This document shows, one piece after another, positions 1 to 10,100 of a stretch of 64,000 nucleotides of DNA. Under the pieces are notes generated by a model. That model worked only from the letters and a program-made list of their open reading frames with translations, made no database searches and was not told where the DNA came from. Within the stretch, counting starts at the first letter, position 1, and each line of letters opens with the position of its first letter. Location: contig JAURJB010000001.1 in the NCBI GenBank assembly GCA_030832455.1, positions 7,590 to 71,589 on the forward strand. Direction: 5' to 3'. A program made the translations under genes and the position numbers. This DNA comes from Acidimicrobiales bacterium. Its GTDB lineage: Bacteria; Actinomycetota; Acidimicrobiia; Acidimicrobiales; Ilumatobacteraceae.

Positions 1-724
1 GCCACATGTGTGGGAGATGCTTAGTCGCTATGCAGAGCCCGAACAACGGTCGCCTAATTCAAATTTGATTTGGTTTGTTGTACTGAAAGGCGCGTTTTAC
101 TCATTCAGGCTGGCTCTTGTTGGTTTCATTCTTGGGTCAACTATTGGCGTGGCTCTTGCAGCATTGATGTCTCGTTTTAAAACCATGGAACGCGGCTTGC
201 TTCCGTACCTTGTTGTATCACAGACAGTTCCGTTGATCGCACTTGCACCATTGGTGGTGTCGTGGGGTGGGAAGGTGCAAATCTTTGGTTTCACTTGGCC
301 ACGTTGGTTGTCTGCATCGGTACTTGGCGCGTTCCTTGCGTTCTTCCCGATTGCAGTTGGCACGCTGCGTGGACTGAAAAGTGCTCCAGCAGCGTCACTT
401 GAATTAATGGAGAGCTATGCCGCTTCATGGAAGCAGACACTGTTTAAGTTGAAGTTTCCTGCAGCCATTCCGTTCATGGTTCCGGCATTCAAACTTGGCG
501 CATCTGGTGCGGTGATTGGCGTAGTAGTGGCCGAGATTTCAACGGGTCTGAAGGGCGGCATTGGCCGATTGATTATCGAATATGCCCGCCAGGCAACTGC
601 TGATCCGGCCAAAGTGTTTACTGCTGTGTTTGGCGCAGCAGGCCTTGGCCTGGCAATGGCTGGCCTCGTTGCACTTGCAGATGTGTTGTTGATGCGTAAC
701 CGACCAAAGGAGACCACTACATGA
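1..724 (+). CDS. ABC transporter permease (NitT/TauT-like). The frame is open to the window edge, so the true start is probably upstream.
   Basis: ORF 8..724 encodes a polytopic hydrophobic protein. Its TGA overlaps the ATG of the downstream ATPase (ATGA at 721-724). Gene order is permease-ATPase-permease-binding protein. Confidence 0.8.
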   Translation, partial: PHVWEMLSRYAEPEQRSPNSNLIWFVVLKGAFYSFRLALVGFILGSTIGVALAALMSRFKTMERGLLPYLVVSQTVPLIALAPLVVSWGGKVQIFGFTWPRWLSASVLGAFLAFFPIAVGTLRGLKSAPAASLELMESYAASWKQTLFKLKFPAAIPFMVPAFKLGASGAVIGVVVAEISTGLKGGIGRLIIEYARQATADPAKVFTAVFGAAGLGLAMAGLVALADVLLMRNRPKETTT

Positions 725-1533
725 GCGCAGTGCATGTTGCTGGAGTAAGCAAGATATTTAACGAGGGCACACCAAAGCAGGTAGATGCTCTTGTCGACGT
801 GAACCTGACTGTTGAGCCGGGCGAATTTGTTTCGTTGATCGGTCCATCAGGTTGCGGCAAGTCGACACTGTTGCGATTGATCGCCAACCTGTTGGAACCA
901 ACGACTGGCTCTGTGGCGGTCAATGGCAAGACGGCCGCGCAGTCGCGTCTTGATCAGGATTATGGCATGGCGTTTCAGCAAGCAGGTTTGTTCGACTGGC
1001 GTTCGGTAGCCAAGAACATTGAATTGCCACTTGAACTAAAAGGTTGGGATAAGGACAAGCGTGCAGCTCGCGCAAAGGAAATGCTTGAACTAGTGAAGTT
1101 GCCAGAGTTTGCCGATCTGATGCCATGGCAGCTATCGGGTGGTATGCAACAACGCATCGCTATTGCGCGTGCGCTTGCAGCGCACCCACCGTTGTTACTG
1201 ATGGACGAACCGTTTGGTGCGCTTGATGAAATGACTCGCGAATACATGCAAGGCGAATTGTTGCGCATTTGTGCTGAAACAAAAACAACTGTTGTGTTCG
1301 TTACTCACTCCATTCCTGAAGCGGTGTATTTGTCGAATCGAGTTGTCGTTATGTCGCCACGCCCGGGCAGGATCACAGAAGTTATCAATGTGAATCTTGG
1401 TGCTAATCGCGGCGAAGATACTCGTGCGGCCGACAATTTCTTTGCTGGAATCACCGCTGTGCGGGAAGCGCTTCGTGGCACTCATGCTGATCACGCTAAT
1501 GCTGGCGCGATTCGCGGAGTAGAAGACCGCTGA
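721..1533 (+). CDS. ABC transporter ATP-binding protein
   Basis: Walker A GPSGCGKST, ABC signature LSGGMQQR, Walker B LLLMDEP, H-loop VTHS. Confidence 0.95.
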   Translation: MSAVHVAGVSKIFNEGTPKQVDALVDVNLTVEPGEFVSLIGPSGCGKSTLLRLIANLLEPTTGSVAVNGKTAAQSRLDQDYGMAFQQAGLFDWRSVAKNIELPLELKGWDKDKRAARAKEMLELVKLPEFADLMPWQLSGGMQQRIAIARALAAHPPLLLMDEPFGALDEMTREYMQGELLRICAETKTTVVFVTHSIPEAVYLSNRVVVMSPRPGRITEVINVNLGANRGEDTRAADNFFAGITAVREALRGTHADHANAGAIRGVEDR

Positions 1534-1535
1534 TC

Positions 1536-2318
1536 ATGACAGCCATGAACCGGCTTCGCAACTTTCTCACACCACTTGCATTTGGTGTTGCCTTCTTGGC
1601 TTTCTGGGAAGGTGCAGTTAAATTTTTTGAGCTAAAGCCGTACTTTCTTGCGCCACCCACAAAGATTTTGAGTCAATTTGTTGAGAACATTTCACGAATC
1701 TGGGACGCCGCCTCGGTTTCAGGAATGAATGCGTTAGTTGGCTTGATTGCAGGAACAATCTTTGGAGTATCGGTGAGTTTTTTGCTGAGTCGTTATCGCG
1801 CGCTCGGCGAGCTGATCACCCCGCTTGCTGTTGCCCTGAACGCAATTCCAATCTTTGTGTTGGTTGCCGTGTTGAACAACATGTACTCAATTACGAGTGA
1901 AGTACCACGCCGAATCATGGTGAGCCTGGTGGTGTATTTCATCGTGTTGGTTAATGTGGCCAAAGGTTTAACGCAAGTGAAGTCGACACATGTTGAATTA
2001 ATGCGCTCGTACGCCGCTAGTGATTTTGCGATTTTGAAGAAAGTGCGTATCCCAAATGCCGTGCCGTACCTGTTTACGGCACTCAAGATTTCGGCCCCGG
2101 CGGCGGTAATTACGTCGTTTGTGTCTGAATACTTCGGCGGATCCCAGAATGGTTTGGGGAGCCGAATTACCAGCAATATCGCTAATTCCAAGAATGCGGC
2201 AGCCTGGGCCTACGTCCTGGGGGCCTGTTTACTTGGATTAGTGTTTTATGCAGTCTCCGTCGTGCTGGAGAACGTTGCCTCTCGGGGCAGCGGTGCCACA
2301 AATACATCAAACAAGTAG
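1536..2318 (+). CDS. ABC transporter permease (second membrane subunit)
   Basis: Polytopic membrane protein. It starts 2 nt after the ATPase stop. Confidence 0.85.
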   Translation: MTAMNRLRNFLTPLAFGVAFLAFWEGAVKFFELKPYFLAPPTKILSQFVENISRIWDAASVSGMNALVGLIAGTIFGVSVSFLLSRYRALGELITPLAVALNAIPIFVLVAVLNNMYSITSEVPRRIMVSLVVYFIVLVNVAKGLTQVKSTHVELMRSYAASDFAILKKVRIPNAVPYLFTALKISAPAAVITSFVSEYFGGSQNGLGSRITSNIANSKNAAAWAYVLGACLLGLVFYAVSVVLENVASRGSGATNTSNK

Positions 2319-2349
2319 AGGGCTCAGGCTCTCGGGGGAGTACCAAATA

Positions 2350-3501
2350 ATGAGGAAATCAGGAAAAAAACTCGCAGTTGCGAGTTTTGCTGCATTGTCC
2401 TTGATCGTTGCAGCATGCGGTGGATCGAGTGAGAGTGAAGAAACAGCAGAACCAACAGCATGCGAAACCACCACACCTGTCAGTTTGCAGTTGCAGTGGG
2501 TAACCCAAGCACAATTTGCTGGCTATTTCGCAGCACAAGATCAGGGTTTCTATGCAGATCAATGCCTTGATGTAACCATCGTTGAAGGTGGAGTTGACAT
2601 CGTTCCGCAGACGCAACTTGCTGACGGCGCAGTTGATTTCGCACTTTCATGGGTTCCAAAGGCTCTTGCATCACGCGAGGCTGGCGCGAACATCGTCAAC
2701 ATTGCACAGATCTTCCAGCGTTCAGGAACGTTGCAAGTGTCCTTTGCAGATGCAGGCATCACTTCGTCTGCTGACTTCGCTGGTAAGAAGATTGGTAACT
2801 GGGGCTTCGGCAACGAGTTCGAAATCTTCGCAGCACTCACCATGAATGGAATTGATCCAGCAACTGGTGTAGAGCTTGTTCAGCAGCAATTCGACATGGC
2901 GGGCTTGCTCGCTGGCGACATTGACGCTGCAGAAGCAATGACCTACAACGAATACGCAATGGTGCTTGAGGCAATTAACCCAGACACCGGCGAGTTGTAT
3001 ACACCAGAAGACTTCAACGTCGTTTCGTACGAAGATGAAGGTGTTGGTATGTTGCAGGACGCAATCTGGGCAGATGCTGACAAGCTTGCCTCGGATGCTG
3101 CCTACAGAGAAACAGCAGTGAAGTTTGTTGCAGCGTCAATTCAGGGTTGGGCATTCTGCCGCGACAACACTGAAGCTTGCCGTGACATCGTTGTAGCCCA
3201 GGGTTCAACCTTGGGTGCAAGCCACCAGTTGTGGCAGATGAACGAAGTAAACAAGTTGATCTGGCCTGCCGGTTTGGGTGCTGGAGTAATTGATGCAACG
3301 GCTTGGGACCGCACGGTGTCGCTTGCAATGGATACCAAGAACCTTGAAGGTTCAACGGTTCTGACTGCAGCACCAACCGATGGTGCATATACCAACGACA
3401 TTGTGGAAGAGGCACTGACCATCCTTGATGGATTGGGTGTTGACTACACGGGTAGTGCGTTTACTCCAATTGAAGTCACCCTCAACGAAGGTGGCAACTG
3501 A
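2350..3501 (+). CDS. ABC substrate-binding lipoprotein, NMT1/THI5-like (possibly pyrimidine/thiamine-precursor or sulfonate/nitrate-type ligand)
   Basis: Start trimmed to ATG 2350 (MRKSGKKLAVASFAALSLIVAAC-GGS), giving a lipobox signal peptide. LQLQWVTQAQFAGYF is typical of the NMT1/THI5 periplasmic binding fold. Confidence 0.8.
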   Translation: MRKSGKKLAVASFAALSLIVAACGGSSESEETAEPTACETTTPVSLQLQWVTQAQFAGYFAAQDQGFYADQCLDVTIVEGGVDIVPQTQLADGAVDFALSWVPKALASREAGANIVNIAQIFQRSGTLQVSFADAGITSSADFAGKKIGNWGFGNEFEIFAALTMNGIDPATGVELVQQQFDMAGLLAGDIDAAEAMTYNEYAMVLEAINPDTGELYTPEDFNVVSYEDEGVGMLQDAIWADADKLASDAAYRETAVKFVAASIQGWAFCRDNTEACRDIVVAQGSTLGASHQLWQMNEVNKLIWPAGLGAGVIDATAWDRTVSLAMDTKNLEGSTVLTAAPTDGAYTNDIVEEALTILDGLGVDYTGSAFTPIEVTLNEGGN

Positions 3502-3524
3502 TTTAAATCAGTAGTTCGTGAATT

Positions 3525-3556
3525 GGGCGGGGTGCTTTTGCACCCCGCCTTTTTCA
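3525..3556. terminator. Intrinsic terminator hairpin between the convergent ABC binding-protein gene and gdh
   Basis: GGCGGGGTG-cttttg-CACCCCGCC followed by TTTTTC on the + strand. It sits in the 63-nt convergent gap. Confidence 0.7.
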
Positions 3557-3564
3557 TTTCTTGC

Positions 3565-4845
3565 CTATGGGTGCAGGCCTCGCATGCGATGGGCATCTGC
3601 GATGGTCTTCACGCCAAGAACCGATGTGGCGAGCCGGTTTGGCAGTTTTGACTCTTGTGCAAACGCGTAGAAGCGCTCAAATGCGGCACGCATTAAATCG
3701 ATGACTCGAGCATTCACCTCGTCTTCGTCCCATGTGAGGTGAGCGAAGTTTTGGCACTGCTCTAAGTATGAGCAGGTAACGCCGCCCGCATTGGCGTACA
3801 CATCAGGAATGATGATCGCGCCGTTATCGGCCAATATCAAGTCGGCGGTAGGGGTGAGAGGACCATTTGCTCCTTCAACAATTAACTTTGCCGTGATGCT
3901 GTTTGCTTCGGTTTCGCCAACAGCGTCACCAAGTGCACATGGCATGATGATGTCGCAATCAAGTCCGAAGACCGCTGTAGACCCAGCAACTCCACGCGCA
4001 ACGACTTCGCCAACTCCGGTGTCACACACACTGCGCACACCTTCGCGGAATGCTTTATCAATGGCAGCGAGGTCGAGGCCACCTGCGGAATGGATGGTTC
4101 CACCAACATCGGAAAGACCAACAATGAGCGCGCCGCGGGCTGCGGCAAGCCGTGCAGCCCAAGAACCCACTTGTCCGTATCCCTGGATTGCAATCTTCTT
4201 GCCGTGCAGCGATGTGCCCATCTTTTCCAGCATGAGTGCTGCTGCTTCAACTACACCTCGTCCGGTTGCAGACTCGCGACCAAGTGAACCACCAAGTTCA
4301 ATTGGTTTACCGGTAACCACTCCAGGTGTTGCGTGACCGACTCCTGTTGAGTACTGATCCATGATCCACGCCATAACTTGCGAGTTCGTTCCCACGTCTG
4401 GCGCCGGAACGTCTCTGTCCGGTCCAAGGAACGAAGATATTTCAGAGACATAGCGACGAGTAATACGCTCGATTTCACCGATGGAGTAGTCCTTTGGATT
4501 AAAACACACGCCACCTTTTGCGCCACCGAGGGGCAGGTTGGCGATGGCGGTCTTCAGCGACATTCCCATTGCGAGTGCGATTACTTCTTCGCGATTTACC
4601 TCGTGGTGGTAGCGGATTCCACCTTTCGCAGGACCGCGCGTGGTGTTGTGATGAACACGCCAACCTGTGAGCTGGTCGCGTGTGCCGTCGTCACGACGAA
4701 ATGGAATTGCCACTTCAATAATTCGGCGAGGCGCAACGATCGTTTCGATCAGGCCATCTTCCAACTTCAGCCACTCGCCGGCTTCGCGTACGCGAAGTTC
4801 TGCCGCTTCGAGTGCCGAGTAGTTCTTATATGACGCCGTTGTCAT
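3565..4845 (-). CDS. gdh: Glutamate dehydrogenase (Glu/Leu/Phe/Val dehydrogenase family)
   Basis: KGGIRYH and PLGGAKGG catalytic-Lys motifs, and a Rossmann motif IQGYGQVG. Start trimmed to MTTASYK (ATG 4845), preceded by AGGGGA. Confidence 0.9.
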   Translation of the reverse strand: MTTASYKNYSALEAAELRVREAGEWLKLEDGLIETIVAPRRIIEVAIPFRRDDGTRDQLTGWRVHHNTTRGPAKGGIRYHHEVNREEVIALAMGMSLKTAIANLPLGGAKGGVCFNPKDYSIGEIERITRRYVSEISSFLGPDRDVPAPDVGTNSQVMAWIMDQYSTGVGHATPGVVTGKPIELGGSLGRESATGRGVVEAAALMLEKMGTSLHGKKIAIQGYGQVGSWAARLAAARGALIVGLSDVGGTIHSAGGLDLAAIDKAFREGVRSVCDTGVGEVVARGVAGSTAVFGLDCDIIMPCALGDAVGETEANSITAKLIVEGANGPLTPTADLILADNGAIIIPDVYANAGGVTCSYLEQCQNFAHLTWDEDEVNARVIDLMRAAFERFYAFAQESKLPNRLATSVLGVKTIADAHRMRGLHP

Positions 4846-4888
4846 ATATTCCCCTTTCAGCAAGTGTGCTGACTAGAGATTAGACCAT

Positions 4889-6166
4889 TTAGGTAACGCG
4901 AGAACCTGATACGACTACCTGCTCGTATGATTTGGTTGAAATGATGTTGCGCAGGCGATCAAATCCATCCCATACCTCGCTGTAACTCGTTGCAAGCGGT
5001 GAAATGGCCAGTCGAATGCAATCGGGTTGTCTGTAGTCGGCAATCACATTTGCCTGCTCGCGAAGTGCAATGGAAATTCTTCTGGCTTCGGGGTGGGAAA
5101 TAGTGATATGGCCACCTCGCTGTTGTGCCTCGCGAGGAGTAATCACACTGCATCCAAGCGGCTGCAACCAATGGTCAAATAGTTCAAACATCAACTTGGT
5201 GCCGGTAGCAGCTTTCATTGCGATTTCAGAAAGAGTTGCTTCCTCGATCATGGAAAATGCGCTTTGGATGCAACGCAATCCGATGACCGAGGGACTTGCA
5301 ATTTGGAATCCGCGGATGGTTGGAGAACGGTCAAATCCTTGGGCCATCGCGAACTGGTCATTTTGTGCAAACCAGCCTTGAATCGGCACTTGCAACTCCT
5401 GTTGAATCGCTGTGCTGACGTACATCCAACCTGGTGAACCTGGCCCCGAGTTTCCGTATTTATACGTGCAACCAACACAAAGGTCTACGCCGTCTGCATC
5501 AAACTTCATTGGAACCACTCCAACTGCGTGGCTTGCATCCCAAACAAATAGTGCTCCCGCTTCTCGGGCGAGTGATGTGAGCCGAGGAATGTCGTGCAGA
5601 GCACCTGAGCGATACTGAATAACCGAAAGAGTTACAAGTGCAACATCGTCGTTGAGGTGCTGTGCAAGTTTTTCCGCCGTGACGTATTCATGTCCATCGC
5701 TGTCATCAATTAGTACAAGATTGCATCCAAGATCTCTGCACAACCCCTCCAAAATGTATCGATCAGTAGGAAAGTTTGAAGTATCACTGATTACCGTTCG
5801 TCGACCAGGACGAGCTGTAATTGCGGCATGGCAGAGTTGATAAAAATTTACGCTTGTCGTATCAATAGCCAGAGTTTGGCCAGGCGCGGCACCAAGGGCC
5901 GCGCGTCCAATTAGATCGCCAACACTCTGTGCCTCATCGATCCATGTATTCCATCCTTCAACTAATTGAGTTGCCCATTCATCTTGGAGGAATTGGTTGA
6001 TGATTGTTTGAGTGGCAACAGGCATCCTGCCAAGCGAATTTCCATCTAGATAGCACTGATTTAGGTCTGCGATATAGAACCGAGACTTGTATTGGGCAAG
6101 CGAATCGTTGGCATCCAGTTGAACTGCATAGTCACGGTCAATGGCGCTCACTGAACTTTTTGACAT
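4889..6166 (-). CDS. kynU: Kynureninase (PLP-dependent)
   Basis: YLDGNSLGRMP near the N-terminus and CVGCTYKYGNSGPGSPG (PLP-Lys region), both typical of kynureninase. Divergent partner is tryptophan 2,3-dioxygenase. Confidence 0.85.
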   Translation of the reverse strand: MSKSSVSAIDRDYAVQLDANDSLAQYKSRFYIADLNQCYLDGNSLGRMPVATQTIINQFLQDEWATQLVEGWNTWIDEAQSVGDLIGRAALGAAPGQTLAIDTTSVNFYQLCHAAITARPGRRTVISDTSNFPTDRYILEGLCRDLGCNLVLIDDSDGHEYVTAEKLAQHLNDDVALVTLSVIQYRSGALHDIPRLTSLAREAGALFVWDASHAVGVVPMKFDADGVDLCVGCTYKYGNSGPGSPGWMYVSTAIQQELQVPIQGWFAQNDQFAMAQGFDRSPTIRGFQIASPSVIGLRCIQSAFSMIEEATLSEIAMKAATGTKLMFELFDHWLQPLGCSVITPREAQQRGGHITISHPEARRISIALREQANVIADYRQPDCIRLAISPLATSYSEVWDGFDRLRNIISTKSYEQVVVSGSRVT

Positions 6167-6177
6167 ACAGTCATCGT

Positions 6178-6927
6178 ATGGCTTCTACGCAACCTGCTGT
6201 CACGTATTCCTCATATTTGCGGGTAGAGGAATTACTTGATTTACAAAAGCCTCTGTCAATTGGGCCCGAGCATGACGAACTGTTGTTCATCATTATTCAT
6301 CAAAGTTATGAATTGTGGTTTAAATCAATTCTTCATGAACTAGAGAGAACCCAAAGAGAGCTGGAAGCAGGAAAGACACATAATGCACTTGCATTGCTTG
6401 GAAGAGTGCGAACAATCTTGAAAGTGTTGGTGAGCCAAGTAGACATTTTGGAGACCATGACACCTCTACAATTCAACTCGTTTCGGGATCGACTCGAGGC
6501 TGCGAGCGGATTTCAGTCGGCTCAGTTCCGAGAGCTAGAGGCTGTTTTTGGCAGGCGAGATCCGGCAATGGTGAGCCACCTACCTGAAGGGGAGTCTCGT
6601 CAACGGGTTGAATCTGCAATGCAGCGAAATTCATTATGGGAATCTGTACTTGCATATCTGAAAATACGCGGACATGTTGGCGGTTCTGACATAAATCAAA
6701 TGTTGATTTCTGTCTATAGAAATGATGCAGAATCCGCCTCAGTTCTTGAAAAGCTGGTTGATATTGATGAAGGTTTACAAGAGTGGAGGTACCGCCACGT
6801 GAAAATGGTGGAGCGCACTATTGGTCGCAAAATTGGTACAGGCGGATCTTCGGGAGCACAGTATTTGGCAAGCACACTTTTCAATCCGGTGTTTCCAAAC
6901 CTTTGGGAGATTCGAAGCAAGTTTTAG
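6178..6927 (+). CDS. kynA: Tryptophan 2,3-dioxygenase
   Basis: Start trimmed to MASTQPAVTYSSYLRVEELLDLQKP. HDELLFIIIHQSYELWFK is the conserved TDO helix with the distal His. Confidence 0.85.
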   Translation: MASTQPAVTYSSYLRVEELLDLQKPLSIGPEHDELLFIIIHQSYELWFKSILHELERTQRELEAGKTHNALALLGRVRTILKVLVSQVDILETMTPLQFNSFRDRLEAASGFQSAQFRELEAVFGRRDPAMVSHLPEGESRQRVESAMQRNSLWESVLAYLKIRGHVGGSDINQMLISVYRNDAESASVLEKLVDIDEGLQEWRYRHVKMVERTIGRKIGTGGSSGAQYLASTLFNPVFPNLWEIRSKF

Positions 6928-7114
6928 TGCACTAGATTTATTGCGCGATGAAAAAAATCTTGCTGGTGCTAATTATTGCATTAACGCACGTTCATACAGT
7001 AGGTGCGACGGACATATCTCAATCGGCGAAAGCATTCGTGCAGAAGCCGGGCTGTTGGAAGAGTTCACCAAAGAGCCAGCAAAGGCCAAAGGTCTGAAGG
7101 GTTGGATCAACCGT

Positions 7115-10100
7115 TTACTTGGACGCGGGTTGAACAAGATCGACAACGACTAAAGACTGAGCCATTTCGACATAACGGCACAGCATGTTTGCCAGTCGAA
7201 CTTGTTCGATGGTCTTGCATTGCACATTAAGCAACTCGGGTGAGGCAATGACCACGGTGATTGCCTGGGCACGGCTAACAGCCACATTGAATCGATTCTT
7301 GCTGTACAGAAACTCAAAGTTACGCGGAATGTCGTTGGCGCTTGAACTGGTATACGAGACGAGAACTATGGGCGCCTCACTGCCTTGGGCTTTGTCGACA
7401 GTTCCCACACGCTGACGCAACAAGTCTTCGGTTGCTCCAAATGATGCTGCAATAGAGCTACCTAGGAGTTGTCTGCGCATCTCTTGTACCTGCGCGTTGT
7501 ACGGGGCAATAACAAAAATGTCGCGCGGTTCAATTGCACGTGTCTTGCCATGTTTATCGGTGAATTGTTTGCCAAGTACAGATTCGTAGATCTTGACGAC
7601 AGCGTTTACTTCACGAACGCTACGAACAGAGCAACCTTCATGTTCGACAGGAAGCCAAAACAATCCTGAACCACTAACCAGTCCGCCTTCACTGATGTGT
7701 TGGTTGGCGCACGGTGGGTCGGCTTCAAGCTTGCCTTCGTACACCTGCTCGGAGATGAATTTGGCAATCTCGGGATGCATGCGACGAGTGATGCGGAGCA
7801 GGATTCCGTACTCGGGCGGTACAACGTCGTGTCCTTGGTTGATGTGCTCTAAGCCGGACAGCCCAGAAGTGCCCGGGTGAGAGGCTCGGGTGGGTTGTTT
7901 GAGCTGTTGTGGGTCGCCAACAAGAACGGTGTTGCGTGCAGCAAGTGACACGGCCAAGCTGTCGGCTAGTGAAAGTTGCCCTGCCTCGTCAATGATGAGC
8001 GTGTCGACCGACTTGCGCATTGCGGCATTTGAAAACAAGTAGCTAGTGCCAACAATGATGTTGAAGTCTCTCAGTGATGCAGCAATCTTCTTGGCATCCT
8101 TAACAACATTTAGCTCGACTCCAACGTCATTGAATTCGGGTGGGGTTTCACCATCTTTTGGCTTGATCGCAATACGAATGGGTGATTGTTCGGTGAAGCC
8201 GTGGTCGGATGCAAATCGCGAGATTTCACTGAGTAATTGATGTGCGGCGGCGTGTGTGTTGGCGGTGATTCCGATGCGGTGGCCGCGCTTTACTAATTCG
8301 AGGATTGCATTGGCAGAAGAGTATGTCTTTCCTGTGCCTGGCGGGCCTTGAATGACGAGATACGAGTTGTCGAGGTGGTGGATTGCATCAGCAATTTCAG
8401 ACGGGGTAACGAGAAGGTTCTCGCTGACATCCTGCAGACGGAATTGGCTGATGAAACGTGGTGGACGCAGGTTGAGGATGTCGTGTGCTGCGTGAAACTC
8501 GGATTCATCGGAGTCTTTAACAAGAAGTGCCAGCTCAATAAGGGCATCCTCAAATTGCTTCTTTGAGAAATGATCTTGTTGGAAGATGGATCGTGGGTTA
8601 ATTGCATCGGGTGTTTGTGAGTAAATCTCAAGCACCACGATTCCGTTGTCTAAATCAATACTGACAACTTCTCCAGAACTAATTGACCCGGGCTCTGTAC
8701 CTTCTTCTTGTGGTGGCCAAAAATCGGCAGAAGTGAATTTTGCACCTGATCCAATCTTTGTGATTTGGTTTGGGTCAAAAGAAAAAGTGCGAATAGATTT
8801 GAACGGAAGTTTCGCTGAGCGCCGCGATCCGGTCTCGGTTTGTTCGATGAACTTCAAACCTGAAAGCGCATTTGGGCTGTCGTAGAGTTCATCGTGTTCC
8901 ATAGTGAGCAAGTTGATGAATTCGTAGGTGTCTACTGCTTGTTCGCGTTTGTGGAAGTCGAGCAAATCGGCCATCAACCAGCGGTGTTTATGGGTTTCAA
9001 TGGTTTCGTCACTGAGGTCGGTTTCGAATCGAAACTCATTTAACTGGGCAACAAGCCCTTGGCCGATGTTGCCGTCATCACCAATGGCGGCTCGTAGTTC
9101 GGGGCGGACAAGGCGTCGGAGTTCATCCGGATCATGTGTAATCTGCTCGACAAGTAAGGACCGTTGCACTTCAAGCCAATTGCGTAGTTCGTTAGTGGAG
9201 TAGCAATCATTCATGTTGTACTTGGCCAGTTCGCGAAGTACGGCTACATCGCCATTTGGACCAAACTCGTCGGTTCCGACTGATTGCAGCCATTTCTCAT
9301 AAAACACAATGCTGAGTCCGCCGTCGGAGACGGTGTCGGTGCGATCAAAGGTGTATAGCTGTTCGAGCTTTTTGATGGAATACGACTCGACTCCGATTCG
9401 CATGGATTGAGTAACCACGCGGGACAAGTCGCAAAACACTCGTTCGCGGAGTAGGGCATTTAATTCGGTTTCACGGGTTGCATAACGAGTAGCGAGACGA
9501 CGCAATGCTGACGGCTCGTAGTGACCAAAGTGGTACACCCGCATTTTCTCAAACCCTGGAACTGACCTGCGCTCGTTGATGAAGTCGAGTACTTCAATGA
9601 GTGCCTGGCGCTCTTGCTCGGCAGTATGGGCCCAAATCTCTTTGTACTGAAATGATCCGTCGGCTTCCTGCCACGAAAAACCATGAAGATATTCGAGGCC
9701 TTCGTCGGTTCGATACGGGTGGCCTTCGATGTCGTAATACACGTCGCCTGGGTTTGGTTCGGGAAGTAGGTTGAATCCACGGAAGTCTTTGAGTGGAAGT
9801 AAAAACTCACGTTCGGGTAGGGCATCTGCATCGGTTTCACGCTTTACGCGAGTGTTGTATTGCAGTTGAGCCTGACGGCGAAGCCGGTGTAACGCTTCGC
9901 CTTCAATGTCGTCTACGGCAAGATCATCGGACGAAGTAGCGAATTCTTTGAGTGTGTGGATACCGTGCGCGTTGAGTGCTTCTCGGTGTCCGTTTTGGAG
10001 CCCAGCAACAAATGACAGGTGGTCGTGTTCGCGCCACCAGCGCGTGCAGTCTTTGTTCCATCGGCACATGGTGCAGTTTTCAACCGGAACTGGTTCGGAG

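Noticed and set aside
6821-7153. 110-aa + strand ORF overlapping the kynA 3' end and the helicase 3' end
   Set aside because: Its TTG start lies inside kynA in another frame, and it overlaps the convergent helicase stop. There is no internal ATG after the kynA stop. The 49-codon signal-peptide ORF in a different frame fits the gap better.
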